Positions 16,761-26,113 of a stretch of 51,814 nt of DNA are shown piece after piece (within the stretch, counting starts at the first letter, position 1; every line of letters starts with the position of its first letter). The stretch covers positions 1 through 51,814 of the forward strand of contig JAGGVJ010000015.1 in assembly GCA_021158055.1 (NCBI GenBank). Reading direction: 5' to 3'. Below the pieces are notes generated by a model. The model did no database searches, was not told where the DNA came from, and saw only the letters and a list, made by a program, of their open reading frames with translations. The translations under genes were made by a program, and so were the position numbers. Source of the DNA: Candidatus Iainarchaeum sp. (lineage in GTDB: Archaea > Iainarchaeota > Iainarchaeia > JAGGVJ01).

Positions 16761-17828
16761 TTATGCGACAGTGCAGTTGCACCATTGCCCGATTGTTGAA
16801 CAAGTTGCTGCCGGGCAGTTGTATGTTCCTTCCCGGTTGAATCCTGTTACCGGGTTTCCGGATGCGTCCCTTGACCTGATTTTCAGTGCATAGTTTGTGT
16901 CAAGGTCAATTACTACAGACAGCACCTCTCCTTCTGGGATGTTGTCGCCGATTGAATGGGTTAGTTCAAGTGTTGCATCAGAACCGCTTGCTATTGAACC
17001 GCCTTTGTATGTTGCTTCTGTGTATGAGTCGGAGTTTTCATTTGTGTCCCAGCTGACTTTTAAGTTACCTTGCTTGTTTCCGAAAGCATCATTACCTGAG
17101 TAATAGAATTCAGCACCTACGTTTGAGACCACTGGGTCAGTTATGTCTGAAGTGGTGGTAAACAAGTAGTAACTTCCGCCATTGTCGTCGGTTGTTGTCC
17201 CTATTGTGTTTGTTGACACGACTTCAAAGTAGTAATCTGTTGACGGGTCCAGTCCGGTGAGGGTTATTTCATGGCCGGTCACAAGCGCTGATTCTGTTTC
17301 CGTTGAACCGAGGCCTGTTGTTTTCCCGTAGTTTACGGTTGAGTCGGCGATTGTGTCTGTTGTCCACGTGATTGTTGCGCTGTTTCCGCCTGGGCTGAAT
17401 GAAACATTGCTTATGGTCGGGGCATACTGCAGTCCGAAGGTTTCAAGCCCTTTGACCATCAGCCCTGTGCTGGTGGTCAGTTTTACTTCGTGTTTTCCGT
17501 AAGCTATGTTGAATGCGAATGTTCCTGTTTCATCTGTGTTCAGTTCGTCCGGCCCGCTTGTGTAAGGATAGTATACTTTGTCAAGGTAAAATGCAAACCC
17601 GTCTGCTTTTTTGCTCCCGTAATTTTTGATAAATAATGTGTTTCCGCTTGAGCCTTCAATTGAAAGGGTCATTCCTTCCTGCAATGGTGATGTTTCCAGT
17701 TTATCGCTTACTTTGCTTGTTACTCCCTGTCCCATTTGAGTGTATTGATAAAAAGCCACTACTGCAATCAGTGCAGTAATTGCAACTACCAAAACAACTG
17801 ATTCAACTTCGCTTAAACCACGTTTCAT
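16761..17828 (-). CDS. Archaeal type IV pilin-like protein with FN3/PAP-N-like beta-sandwich domains
   Basis: Class III signal MKRG|LSEVESVVLVVAITALIAVVAF; ATITWTTD..STVNYG..HEITLTGLDPSTDYYFEV. Confidence 0.8.
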   Translation of the reverse strand: MKRGLSEVESVVLVVAITALIAVVAFYQYTQMGQGVTSKVSDKLETSPLQEGMTLSIEGSSGNTLFIKNYGSKKADGFAFYLDKVYYPYTSGPDELNTDETGTFAFNIAYGKHEVKLTTSTGLMVKGLETFGLQYAPTISNVSFSPGGNSATITWTTDTIADSTVNYGKTTGLGSTETESALVTGHEITLTGLDPSTDYYFEVVSTNTIGTTTDDNGGSYYLFTTTSDITDPVVSNVGAEFYYSGNDAFGNKQGNLKVSWDTNENSDSYTEATYKGGSIASGSDATLELTHSIGDNIPEGEVLSVVIDLDTNYALKIRSRDASGNPVTGFNREGTYNCPAATCSTIGQWCNCTVA

Positions 17829-18012
17829 GTATTCACCGCTCATTTTTTTGGATTTTTAATAGTTATTATGTAATAATTTAATATTAATCAATGACTATAT
17901 ATCTTAAACGAAAGAATAAGTATATATTTAAATCAATAAGGTTTTAATTAACCACTTGATAGTGGTTCTTTGACTCTTGTTTTGTTTTTCGGCAGTTTTT
18001 GGTGGAAAGTTT

Positions 18013-18984
18013 ATGAAGTCGCTTAGTTTGTGTGTTGTTGGTTCCGGTGAAGAGGACAGGAAAAAAGTGTGCTCCATGCTTGGAAAAAAAGGAACGGTAA
18101 GTGATGTTTCTTTTTACAATTTCAAGGAAGACGATGTGATATTGACAACGATTGAGTCAAGTTCTTTTCCAAAAAAGCTTTCATCGCTTTTTCAGTCAGT
18201 TGCATTGGCTGAGTTTGCGGTGCTTGCGGTCAGCAGGGATTCTTTGGACAGCGGTGCGGGGGAGTGTATTTTGGCCCTTGAGCTTTTCGGGAAGGAAAAA
18301 GGGTTTATTGTGACTGATTATGAAGTGCGTGAGCAGGTGGAGAAAATAGTTTCTTCAAGCAAGGCTCTTTGCGGGTATGAATTTTTTTATTTTGACGAGC
18401 TTGATTCTTTGAAGACCAGGGTTCTTGAACTGCAGCCAGACCACCGGAATCCGGAGGAGGGCTTTTTGATGGTCGGGGATCATTTTTTTGATGTCAAAGG
18501 AATTGGCACGGTTTTTTTGGGCATGGCGCGTTCAGGCAGGGTTTCAAAGCACGACAAGCTTTTGGTCAGCCCCATTGGAAAAGAGCTTATTGTGCGCTCG
18601 ATCCAGATGCAGGGAAAAGACGTTGACGAAGCGGTTTCCCCTGCAAGGCTGGGGCTTGCCGTGCGGGGCGTGTCTGTTGATGATATGAAGCGGGGGTTTC
18701 TTGTGGCAAGTAAAGAGGTGGAGTCAGTTCACTCTGCAAAGATTTCTTTTTCAAAGAGCGCTTTTTATAAAAAAGAGTTTGTTTTCCCGAAAAAAGTAAT
18801 GGCTGCGGTTGACTGCCAGTTTGTGGAGGCGGAAATGGACTCGCTTGAAGAAGGCGTGGCAAGTGTTGTGTTTTCAAAAAAAGTTGCGTTTTCCGGGGGG
18901 CAGTTGGTTGTGTTGTGCGATTTGGATTCAAATGTCAGGATAATCGGCCACGGAAACGTTTTACAGCCAGATGAAAACAGGTAA
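18013..18984 (+). CDS. Archaeal SelB-like factor (aSelBL; degenerate G domain, EF-Tu domains II/III)
   Basis: LGKKGTVSDVSFYN, DHFFDVKGIGTVFLG, VRSIQMQ, RLGLAVRG, RIIGHG. Confidence 0.85.
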   Translation: MKSLSLCVVGSGEEDRKKVCSMLGKKGTVSDVSFYNFKEDDVILTTIESSSFPKKLSSLFQSVALAEFAVLAVSRDSLDSGAGECILALELFGKEKGFIVTDYEVREQVEKIVSSSKALCGYEFFYFDELDSLKTRVLELQPDHRNPEEGFLMVGDHFFDVKGIGTVFLGMARSGRVSKHDKLLVSPIGKELIVRSIQMQGKDVDEAVSPARLGLAVRGVSVDDMKRGFLVASKEVESVHSAKISFSKSAFYKKEFVFPKKVMAAVDCQFVEAEMDSLEEGVASVVFSKKVAFSGGQLVVLCDLDSNVRIIGHGNVLQPDENR

Positions 18985-19008
18985 AGACAGATAAAAACAG
19001 GTGAAAAA

Positions 19009-19578
19009 ATGAGAAAAGAGCTTTCAAGAAAATCAGTTCACATTCTTTTAGGGGCTTTTTTGTTTGCCCCGCTTTTTTTGCTTTCGTTTTTGGAGTTTGT
19101 TTTTTTTATGTTTTTTTTCACGGTTTTTTCTGCTCTTTTTTTCCTTGCAGTTGAAATTAAAGCTGTTCCTGTGTTTGTTTTCAGGTTTGTTCATTTTTTT
19201 GAGCGCGAAAATCATTTTGTCGGGAAAGGGGCTTTGCTTTTCATGGTGGGTGTTTTTCTTTCCGCTGTTTTGATTTTGTTTTTGGGCGCTTCCGGAAAAG
19301 GGCCGGTGATTCTTGCAGCGGCAATCATTTCTCTTTCGCTTGGCGATGCCTTTGCAGCGGTTTTCGGAAGGGCGTTTGGAAAGACAAGGGTGTTTGGAGG
19401 CAGGACTGTTGAGGGTTCTCTTGCGTTTTTCCTGTCGGTTTTTTCTGTTGTTTTCCTGTTGTTCGGCTTTGAGTTTGCCGTTGTCTGTGCTTTTGCAGGT
19501 TCTGTTACAGAGTTGTTGTTTGAAGAAGATAATTTATTAATTCCTTTGTTCATTAGTTTATTGTTGATTTTTATCTGA
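19009..19578 (+). CDS. Dolichol/phytol kinase-like membrane protein (SEC59/VTE5 family)
   Basis: RKSVH, LSLGDAFAAVFGR, RTVEGSLAF, EDNLLIP. Confidence 0.85.
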   Translation: MRKELSRKSVHILLGAFLFAPLFLLSFLEFVFFMFFFTVFSALFFLAVEIKAVPVFVFRFVHFFERENHFVGKGALLFMVGVFLSAVLILFLGASGKGPVILAAAIISLSLGDAFAAVFGRAFGKTRVFGGRTVEGSLAFFLSVFSVVFLLFGFEFAVVCAFAGSVTELLFEEDNLLIPLFISLLLIFI

Positions 19579-19626
19579 GTTGAAAAGTAAAACAATTAAA
19601 AAATAGGGCAGTTAGTGGGGGATTTC

Positions 19627-20322
19627 ATGAGCAACTTTGAGGAAAACAGGTTTAAGATAAAAGAACTTCTTAGGACGTCTGAAAAGACGGGTTACAGGCT
19701 TCAGGCTCTTTTGATGGAGGCAGGCAAGCTTAAGGGTGTAACTGATGAGTTTTTGTCATCGCTTTTGACTGTGAGGCTTTTGTTGAGCGATCACCCCGAG
19801 CAAAAGGAATATGTTGAGGAGATAGTCCAGGATAAAGAGTCTTTGGCGATGTTTCGTGAGATAAAAAAGAACATCGATGACTTGTCAAAGGCAATTGATG
19901 GTTTTGAAGACAGTCTTTTGGCGTCGGAAGTGTTTCTTGAAAATTTCAGGGACTATGTTTTTTACAGGAACACCAATAAGGCATTGTGTTCAACGTTTGT
20001 GACGGCTGTTGCAAAAGAGTTTTCTGTTGACAATTGTTTGCTGAATCCCGAGTTTGTCGGTGATTTTAACGTTGCGAAGGTTGCGGCGGATCTTGGCATA
20101 GAACATGAGAAAAGGCAGTTTTTGGTTGTTCCTTTTGAATCGCTCAGCGATACATTGAGTTATTTTGAGGAAAATTTACCCAAGAAATTGTTTTTCATTG
20201 ACTGCGGCGGACTGAAGATTTCCATGAAAAAAAACAACCTTGTGGTTCGCGGAAGCGCGCCCAAGATAAAGCAGGTTGAAAAAGTGGCTTCAAAGGTCGG
20301 CCTGCCGACTTTGTCTCTTTGA
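19627..20322 (+). CDS. Hypothetical protein
   Basis: Long ORF, operon-like spacing. Confidence 0.7.
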   Translation: MSNFEENRFKIKELLRTSEKTGYRLQALLMEAGKLKGVTDEFLSSLLTVRLLLSDHPEQKEYVEEIVQDKESLAMFREIKKNIDDLSKAIDGFEDSLLASEVFLENFRDYVFYRNTNKALCSTFVTAVAKEFSVDNCLLNPEFVGDFNVAKVAADLGIEHEKRQFLVVPFESLSDTLSYFEENLPKKLFFIDCGGLKISMKKNNLVVRGSAPKIKQVEKVASKVGLPTLSL

Positions 20323-20324
20323 GT

Positions 20325-20397
20325 CTGATTGACCTGACAGGTTTGATGACTTGACCGGTTTGGTTGATTTGATGGGTTTGATTGGTTTGACAGGTTG
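20325..20397. repeat. Degenerate 9-bp tandem repeat (TGAYNGGTT-like), about 8 copies
   Basis: tgacaggtt tgatgact tgaccggtt tggttgatt tgatgggtt tgattggtt tgacaggtt. Confidence 0.7.
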
Positions 20398-20511
20398 TAT
20401 TATTAATGTTTGAGCACATATCTTGTTTGAGCATGTCTTTTGACAGGTAATTTTAACAGGTAAAATAGACAAAATAAAATAAATAAATTATTGACTTTTT
20501 AGGGTGTTTGA

Positions 20512-20814
20512 TTGAAAGAATTTAAGGTTTTTAAGGTTCCGCAAAACAAGCAGTCAGAGCTTAGCACTGTTTTGGACGACGAGTTTTTCAAAAGAAACGG
20601 TTACAACCAGGTGAACGGTAAGGTAAACAACTTGGGGGACAACATTTTTGTTTACGTGGAGGGAGACAAAAAAGCCCTTGAGGAAGCAAAGCTTAAGATT
20701 GCCTTGGTTGAGGGTTCTTCGCAGGCCAGTGAACAGGAAGCTGAAAAAGTAAAAAAAGTTGTTGAAAGCGCGTCTGAAGGGATAGGAAGCGGAATCGGAA
20801 GCATGTTCGGTTAA
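20512..20814 (+). CDS. Small hypothetical protein with Gly-rich C-terminus (GIGSGIGSMFG)
   Basis: 100-aa ORF, TTG start after GGGTG. Confidence 0.75.
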   Translation: MKEFKVFKVPQNKQSELSTVLDDEFFKRNGYNQVNGKVNNLGDNIFVYVEGDKKALEEAKLKIALVEGSSQASEQEAEKVKKVVESASEGIGSGIGSMFG

Positions 20815-20850
20815 ACTGCATTGCTGCATACCTTTTAGTGTCTGCTTTTT

Positions 20851-20951
20851 GCGGGGGTCCCAGAGTCTGGTCAAATGGGATGGACTCAAGATCTTTTGAT
20901 AGGAAATCCATTGGCCTAGCGCCTACGCAGGTTCGAATCCTGCCCCCCGCA
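20851..20951 (+). tRNA. tRNA-Leu(CAA) with a 15-nt intron at 37/38 (20891-20905)
   Basis: GCGGGGG/CCCCCGC acceptor, ATGGA/TCCAT anticodon stem, long variable arm, relaxed BHB. Confidence 0.93.
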
Positions 20952-21035
20952 CTCTTTTTTTGGGATATATAATACAAAAAAATTTAAATACCTAGCTTAC
21001 GGAAATTTAATCAATTTTTTAAAGGATGTGATTAA

Positions 21036-21641
21036 TTGGATCATATAACAAATTTCAAAGAGACAATAGTTGAATTGAGTGAAAAAGACAGATTAAAGGA
21101 AATTTCAGTGCATTTATTTTATGAAATTGATATGTTAAATATTTCTGCAGTTAAAGCAAATAATATGGTTAGCAAAATTTTACATGCAAAAATTAATGAT
21201 TGTGATGACAGTATCATCTGGAAATATCAAGCAAATTTAAATTGTTATTTAGATTCGTATGCAGTTCATGCGCGAAGTTTAACCGAATTTTTAAAATTTA
21301 AAATTAAGAAAGAGGATATTACGTCTGTAAGAGCAGAACATTTTCTTAATGAGAAAAAAAATAATGAATTTAAAAAAATTTGTGATAACGAGTCAAAATT
21401 ATTAAATAATATAGTAAGAAAAGCAAATAAACAAGTCACGCACCTTACATACAATAGAATTCAACCTGAATTTCAAAATGAAAATAAAGGGTGGGAAATG
21501 AGGGATATTTATCGATTTAATGAACTGTTTAAAAATTTTCTTGAGTTAGTTAATGAGGATTTAATCTGTAAAAACCTTATTGACTGGAAAGAAAAGGACA
21601 ATATTTCTAGGCATTATATTTCAAGATATATAGAACGTTAA
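21036..21641 (+). CDS. AT-rich hypothetical, HEPN-like helical protein
   Basis: LDSYAVHARSLTEFL and RKANKQVTHL resemble HEPN segments. Confidence 0.6.
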   Translation: MDHITNFKETIVELSEKDRLKEISVHLFYEIDMLNISAVKANNMVSKILHAKINDCDDSIIWKYQANLNCYLDSYAVHARSLTEFLKFKIKKEDITSVRAEHFLNEKKNNEFKKICDNESKLLNNIVRKANKQVTHLTYNRIQPEFQNENKGWEMRDIYRFNELFKNFLELVNEDLICKNLIDWKEKDNISRHYISRYIER

Positions 21642-21667
21642 TTTTTTATTTTAAACGGTAATTAGTA

Positions 21668-22189
21668 ATGGGTAATTATGTAGAGCAGTATGAACGAATG
21701 ATGCGTTGGTATGGGCGTTTTAAACAAATAAACACTGGAATACCACATAAACGTTCTTCTGATTATTATTTAGATGATATTTATGCGTTTTTTTTAAATT
21801 GTTATAATTTAAAAGATTGGATACTAAATGACGATAGTATTAAGGTGGATAAAAAAATCCTTGAAGATAAAATAACCAAAAATAACTATTTACGGGTGTG
21901 TGCTGATTTAGCTAATTGGTTAAAACATTTATATTTAAAAAAAACTCGTAAAGAGAAAAAAGAACATGATAATATTGAAAAAAGAAAAGACATTACACCA
22001 AAGATTAGGCGAAATGTTACTTTAAATTTAGGTTCAAATGAACCAACCATAGAATTTAAGATTGATATTCGTTCAAAAGAAGATATTATGGCACAAGTGG
22101 AAGTATGCGATGCATTTAAAGTTGCAACTAAATGTGTTGAAGCATGGGATAAATTTATTGACGAGAATATTAAACCCCTTAAAAAATAA
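21668..22189 (+). CDS. AT-rich hypothetical, HEPN-like helical protein
   Basis: AFFLNCYNLKDWI and CADLANWLKH motifs. Confidence 0.6.
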   Translation: MGNYVEQYERMMRWYGRFKQINTGIPHKRSSDYYLDDIYAFFLNCYNLKDWILNDDSIKVDKKILEDKITKNNYLRVCADLANWLKHLYLKKTRKEKKEHDNIEKRKDITPKIRRNVTLNLGSNEPTIEFKIDIRSKEDIMAQVEVCDAFKVATKCVEAWDKFIDENIKPLKK

Positions 22190-22318
22190 AATCAAGAAAA
22201 TAAGGCAAATTAATTTAAAAACTAATGTTGTGATGAAGTTAATTTCTAGCACATAATGAATGTTTTTAAACTAAAATATTTATAATAAATTGTTTATAGG
22301 TTTTTAGGGTGTGAATAA

Positions 22319-23233
22319 ATGAAAAAAGAGATTATGTTGTTATCTGTATTGGTTATTTGCGTGTTTTTGGTTTCAGGTTGCGTGAATAATGCTGAAAAAG
22401 AATCTGGCGAAAAAGTGGATGTTATCGTAAGCATTTTGCCTCAAAAGGCCTTTGTAAAAGCAGTCGGCGGCGAACATGTAAATGTAAAAGCGTTGATTCC
22501 GCCCGGGGGAAGCCCGGCTACATATGAGCCAAGACCAAGTGATTTGGCAAATGTTGAAAAAGCTGAGTTGTATTTTAGGATCGGGCATATCCCGTTCGAG
22601 AAATCTCATGTTGATAAGTTTGCAGGCCTGAACCCGGATATGAAAGTGGTTGATACTTCAAGGGATGTTCCGTTAAGGTACTTTGGGGAACATGAAGAGC
22701 ACACGCATGAAAATGAGCACAGGGAAGAAGAGCACCGTCATGAAGGAGTCGATCCGCATATCTGGCTTTCTCCGATGCAGGTGAAAAAACAGGTTGATGT
22801 GATTGCAGATGCCCTTTCAGAAGTTGATCCAAACAATTCTGCAGAGTATATGAGGAATGCAGAGGCCTTCAAGAAAGAATTGGACGGCCTGCATAGTGAA
22901 TTGAAGTCAATATTCAAAGAATTAAAGACAGGCAAGCTTATGGTCTTCCATCCCGCATGGGGTTATTTTGCAGATGAATATGACTTGGAGCAGATTGCAA
23001 TAGAGCGGGATGGAAAAGAACCCACAGCGATCCAGTTGCAGAACTTGATAGGTGTGGCAAGGGAAGAGGATATCAAGGTGATTTTTATACAATCCCAGTT
23101 CAACAAAAAAATCGCAGAGTCTGTCGCTGAAGAGATCGGTGCCGTGGTGGTCCCTGTTGATGCTCTTTCTGAGGATTATGTCAATAATCTGAGAAATGTG
23201 GCGATGACGATTTCAGAACATCTAAATAAGTGA
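22319..23233 (+). CDS. znuA: Zinc ABC transporter substrate-binding lipoprotein
   Basis: Lipobox VSGC, His-rich loop HEEHTHENEHREEEHRHE, DPHIWLSP, FHPAWGY. Confidence 0.92.
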   Translation: MKKEIMLLSVLVICVFLVSGCVNNAEKESGEKVDVIVSILPQKAFVKAVGGEHVNVKALIPPGGSPATYEPRPSDLANVEKAELYFRIGHIPFEKSHVDKFAGLNPDMKVVDTSRDVPLRYFGEHEEHTHENEHREEEHRHEGVDPHIWLSPMQVKKQVDVIADALSEVDPNNSAEYMRNAEAFKKELDGLHSELKSIFKELKTGKLMVFHPAWGYFADEYDLEQIAIERDGKEPTAIQLQNLIGVAREEDIKVIFIQSQFNKKIAESVAEEIGAVVVPVDALSEDYVNNLRNVAMTISEHLNK

Positions 23234-23250
23234 GTTATCTATTGATTGAT

Positions 23251-23955
23251 ATGGTCCGGGAAGAAATAATCAGATTAGAGAATGTGTCTTTTAGCTATGG
23301 TCAAAAAGAATTTCTTAAAGATATCAATCTTTCAATATATAAAGACGATTTTTTAGGGATAATCGGCCCTAACGGCGGCGGCAAGACTACGCTGTTAAAG
23401 CTGGTTCTTGGATTATTGAAACCGAAAAAAGGCAAAATCCGTGTATTTGGAAAAACCCCGAAAGAGGGCAGGGAGTCAATCGGTTATTTTTCCCAGTTCA
23501 AGGATATTGATTTTGATTTCCCGATAACTGCTTTTGAGATTGTGCTGTTGAGCAGGGTGGGAAAAAAACTATTCAAGAGGTATACCAGGCAAGACAAGGA
23601 AGCAGCTGAAAAAGCGCTTAAAGATTTAGGGATCTGGCATTTAAGGGATAATAAGCTCAGTGAGCTTTCAGGAGGGGAAAAACAAAGGGTCTTTATTGCA
23701 AGGGCATTGGCCAATGAGCCCGAAGTTCTTTTGTTGGACGAACCGATGTCAAATCTTGATATGCATATTCAGGAGGAGTTTTATGGGATTTTGAGGCAGC
23801 TGAACAAAAAAATATCCATTGTGCTTGTTGACCATGACCTGGAAATGCTTTCTAAACATGCTAAAGAGATCGTATGCGTCAATAAATGTAACACGCACAC
23901 GATAAGGTATCATGATATTGATGAACTTAAAATGAGGGAGATATGCAATGTTTGA
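23251..23955 (+). CDS. znuC: Zinc ABC transporter ATP-binding protein
   Basis: GPNGGGKT, LSGGEKQR, LLLDEP. Confidence 0.92.
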   Translation: MVREEIIRLENVSFSYGQKEFLKDINLSIYKDDFLGIIGPNGGGKTTLLKLVLGLLKPKKGKIRVFGKTPKEGRESIGYFSQFKDIDFDFPITAFEIVLLSRVGKKLFKRYTRQDKEAAEKALKDLGIWHLRDNKLSELSGGEKQRVFIARALANEPEVLLLDEPMSNLDMHIQEEFYGILRQLNKKISIVLVDHDLEMLSKHAKEIVCVNKCNTHTIRYHDIDELKMREICNV

Positions 23956-24802
23956 GATACTCCAATACCAGTTTTTTCAGAATGCTTTGATTATTTCAGT
24001 GCTTGCGTCTTTGGCGGCGGGAATTATCGGAACGTACATTGTTGTAAAACGGATGTCTTTGATTTCAGGAAGCATAGCGCACGCTGCATTCGGCGGATTG
24101 GGAATAAGCTATTTTCTTGGCATAAATCCCCTTGCGGGAGGCACGGTTTTCAGTTTGCTTTCAGCATTCAGTATTGCCTTTTTCAGAAAAAGCGCAGGAA
24201 ACAGGCTGGATACTCTGCTTAGCTTTTTGTGGGCTACGGGAATGGCGATAGGCCTGGTTTTTATTTTCCTTACTCCCGGTTATGCAACGGACTTATTTAC
24301 TTATTTATTTGGAAATATACTTCTTGTTTCAGAAGTTGACCTTTTTATGATTTTATTGTTAGATATGGTCATATTATCCACTGTTTTTTTAATGTTCAAT
24401 TCATTTCTTTCAGTCACTTTTGATGAGGAATATTCTGAAACAAGAAATATGCCGGTTACTCTGGTTGATATGATTTTGTTTGGATTGATAGCGTTGACTG
24501 TTGTCGCAACCATAAGGGTGGTGGGGATAGTTCTTATGATAGCGATCCTGACGATTCCTGCTGCAAGCGCGCAGCTTTTTCATAAGACTGTGAAGGGGAT
24601 TATGATTACTTCTTCAGCGATAACTTTGTTTGCGACAGTCACCGGATTATTTGTTTCATATTATTTTGATTTTACTGCGGGGCCGATAATAGTCCTTATA
24701 ATCTCATTTATTTATTTGCTTTCCATTTTGGTGTCAAGGCCTGGTGTTTTTTCTTTTTTTTCATCACATTTTTCATTTCATGTTGATCAAAAGGTTAAAT
24801 GA
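23948..24802 (+). CDS. znuB: Zinc ABC transporter permease
   Basis: SIAHAAFGG, YLFGNIL, VVGIVLMIAILTIPA. Confidence 0.92.
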   Translation: MFEILQYQFFQNALIISVLASLAAGIIGTYIVVKRMSLISGSIAHAAFGGLGISYFLGINPLAGGTVFSLLSAFSIAFFRKSAGNRLDTLLSFLWATGMAIGLVFIFLTPGYATDLFTYLFGNILLVSEVDLFMILLLDMVILSTVFLMFNSFLSVTFDEEYSETRNMPVTLVDMILFGLIALTVVATIRVVGIVLMIAILTIPAASAQLFHKTVKGIMITSSAITLFATVTGLFVSYYFDFTAGPIIVLIISFIYLLSILVSRPGVFSFFSSHFSFHVDQKVK

Positions 24803-24857
24803 GGCTGTTGTGTGGCCTGGAAAAATGAGCGGGTGTTGGAAATCGTATTTTGTTGTG

Positions 24858-26015
24858 TCATTTGAGCGCTGGATACAAAAGTGTGAATGTTGCCGCAATG
24901 ATAAATGTGTAAAAAAACGGGTCTGACCCGGCTGAAAACACAAGCATCAGCACAGGCAGTATCAGCACCCTGCTCATGTTGAAGGTTATTTACCGCCCGA
25001 CGATGAAGTTGAAGTAGTTCTCTTTGGCTGCTATGTCATATGATTTTGCAGACCATGGGATCTGAAGTATTTTTGAGGACAGGTTTTTGTAGGAGTCGAC
25101 CAAGACAACTTTAAGCGAATTGTTTGCAAACAGTCTTGCGATCCATCCGAAAAAATAAAGCGCGGTCCCGATTTTCAGGAGTTTTGCTTTGTCGTGCTTG
25201 TCTGCGAGTTTTCCGATGAAGTAAAAGGCGCTTATTGACAAGACAAAGCTCATTGTAACAATGAACCCGACTTTTTCTGTTGTCAGGAGGAGGTTTATCA
25301 AAAAAATCGGCCAGATCACCCTGTCGATTATTGATTCGATTGCGTAGCCTGAAAAACTCAGTATTTTAGGCATGTGTTTTTTGTCAAGTGCTTTTGAAAA
25401 AGCGTTTTTCAGGTTTAGACGGGGGGTTTTGTAGTTGTCTTTCATGAAAAACAGCGGAACAGTTGCAGTGAAAAGCAGGACGGAGCCGAGGAAAAACAGC
25501 CCTTCGAAGCTGAAGAAGAAAATCACGAGCCCGGCAATGAACGGGGCAAGTATTGTTGCGGTGGTTGCCGATATCCCGATCAGGGACAGTTCTTTTCCGC
25601 GGTGTGAATTGTCGCAGTGCTCAATGTAGTTCAAGTGAAACCCGTAGTTGTAAAAAACCATTCTCAGTGACAAAAGCGCGGGAAGCACGAAGAACAGTAA
25701 GGGGATGTCAGCGATGTATCTTAAGCCGATGTAGTAGAATATGAGAAAAGGCCCTGACAGGAGAATAGAATGCTTTACTCCTATTCTTGAAACTATTTTT
25801 GCCCCGGCAAGCGAGAAGCACACGAAAAAAGCGCTTGCAAGAAAGTAAAAGAAGATGATGTCAGATATCGGAAAACCGAGTCTGAAAAAGTATATGGGCA
25901 CAAAGAGGCTTATAAGCGCCTCTGAAAAAGTCATTAAAAACACGGACACGTAAATGTGGTTTATTTGTTTTTGGTGAAAAAAAGTGTGGATCAGGTGGAA
26001 GTTGTGGTGTGACAT
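24858..26015 (-). pseudogene. MFS transporter interrupted by an in-frame TAA at 24990-24992
   Basis: Frame continues after the stop for 43 aa (ITFNMSRVLILPVLMLVFSAGSDPFFYTFIIAATFTLLYPALK*) with two more TM helices. Confidence 0.8.
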
Positions 26016-26060
26016 TGTATGAAGGTAGTTTGTTTTGGTATTTAAATCATTTTTCAGATA

Positions 26061-26091
26061 AAAAGAAAAACCCGGCGAGTGCCGGGCTTTT
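26061..26091 (-). terminator. Hairpin-plus-U-tract terminator
   Basis: CCCGGC-actc-GCCGGG followed by TTTTTCTTTT on the minus strand, just after the peptidase stop. Confidence 0.65.
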
Positions 26092-26113
26092 ACCGGAGAT
26101 AATAATCATTTTT

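Noticed and set aside
18013-18984. Selenocysteine machinery
   Set aside because: aSelBL lacks the intact G domain of true SelB; no tRNA-Sec or in-frame TGA seen
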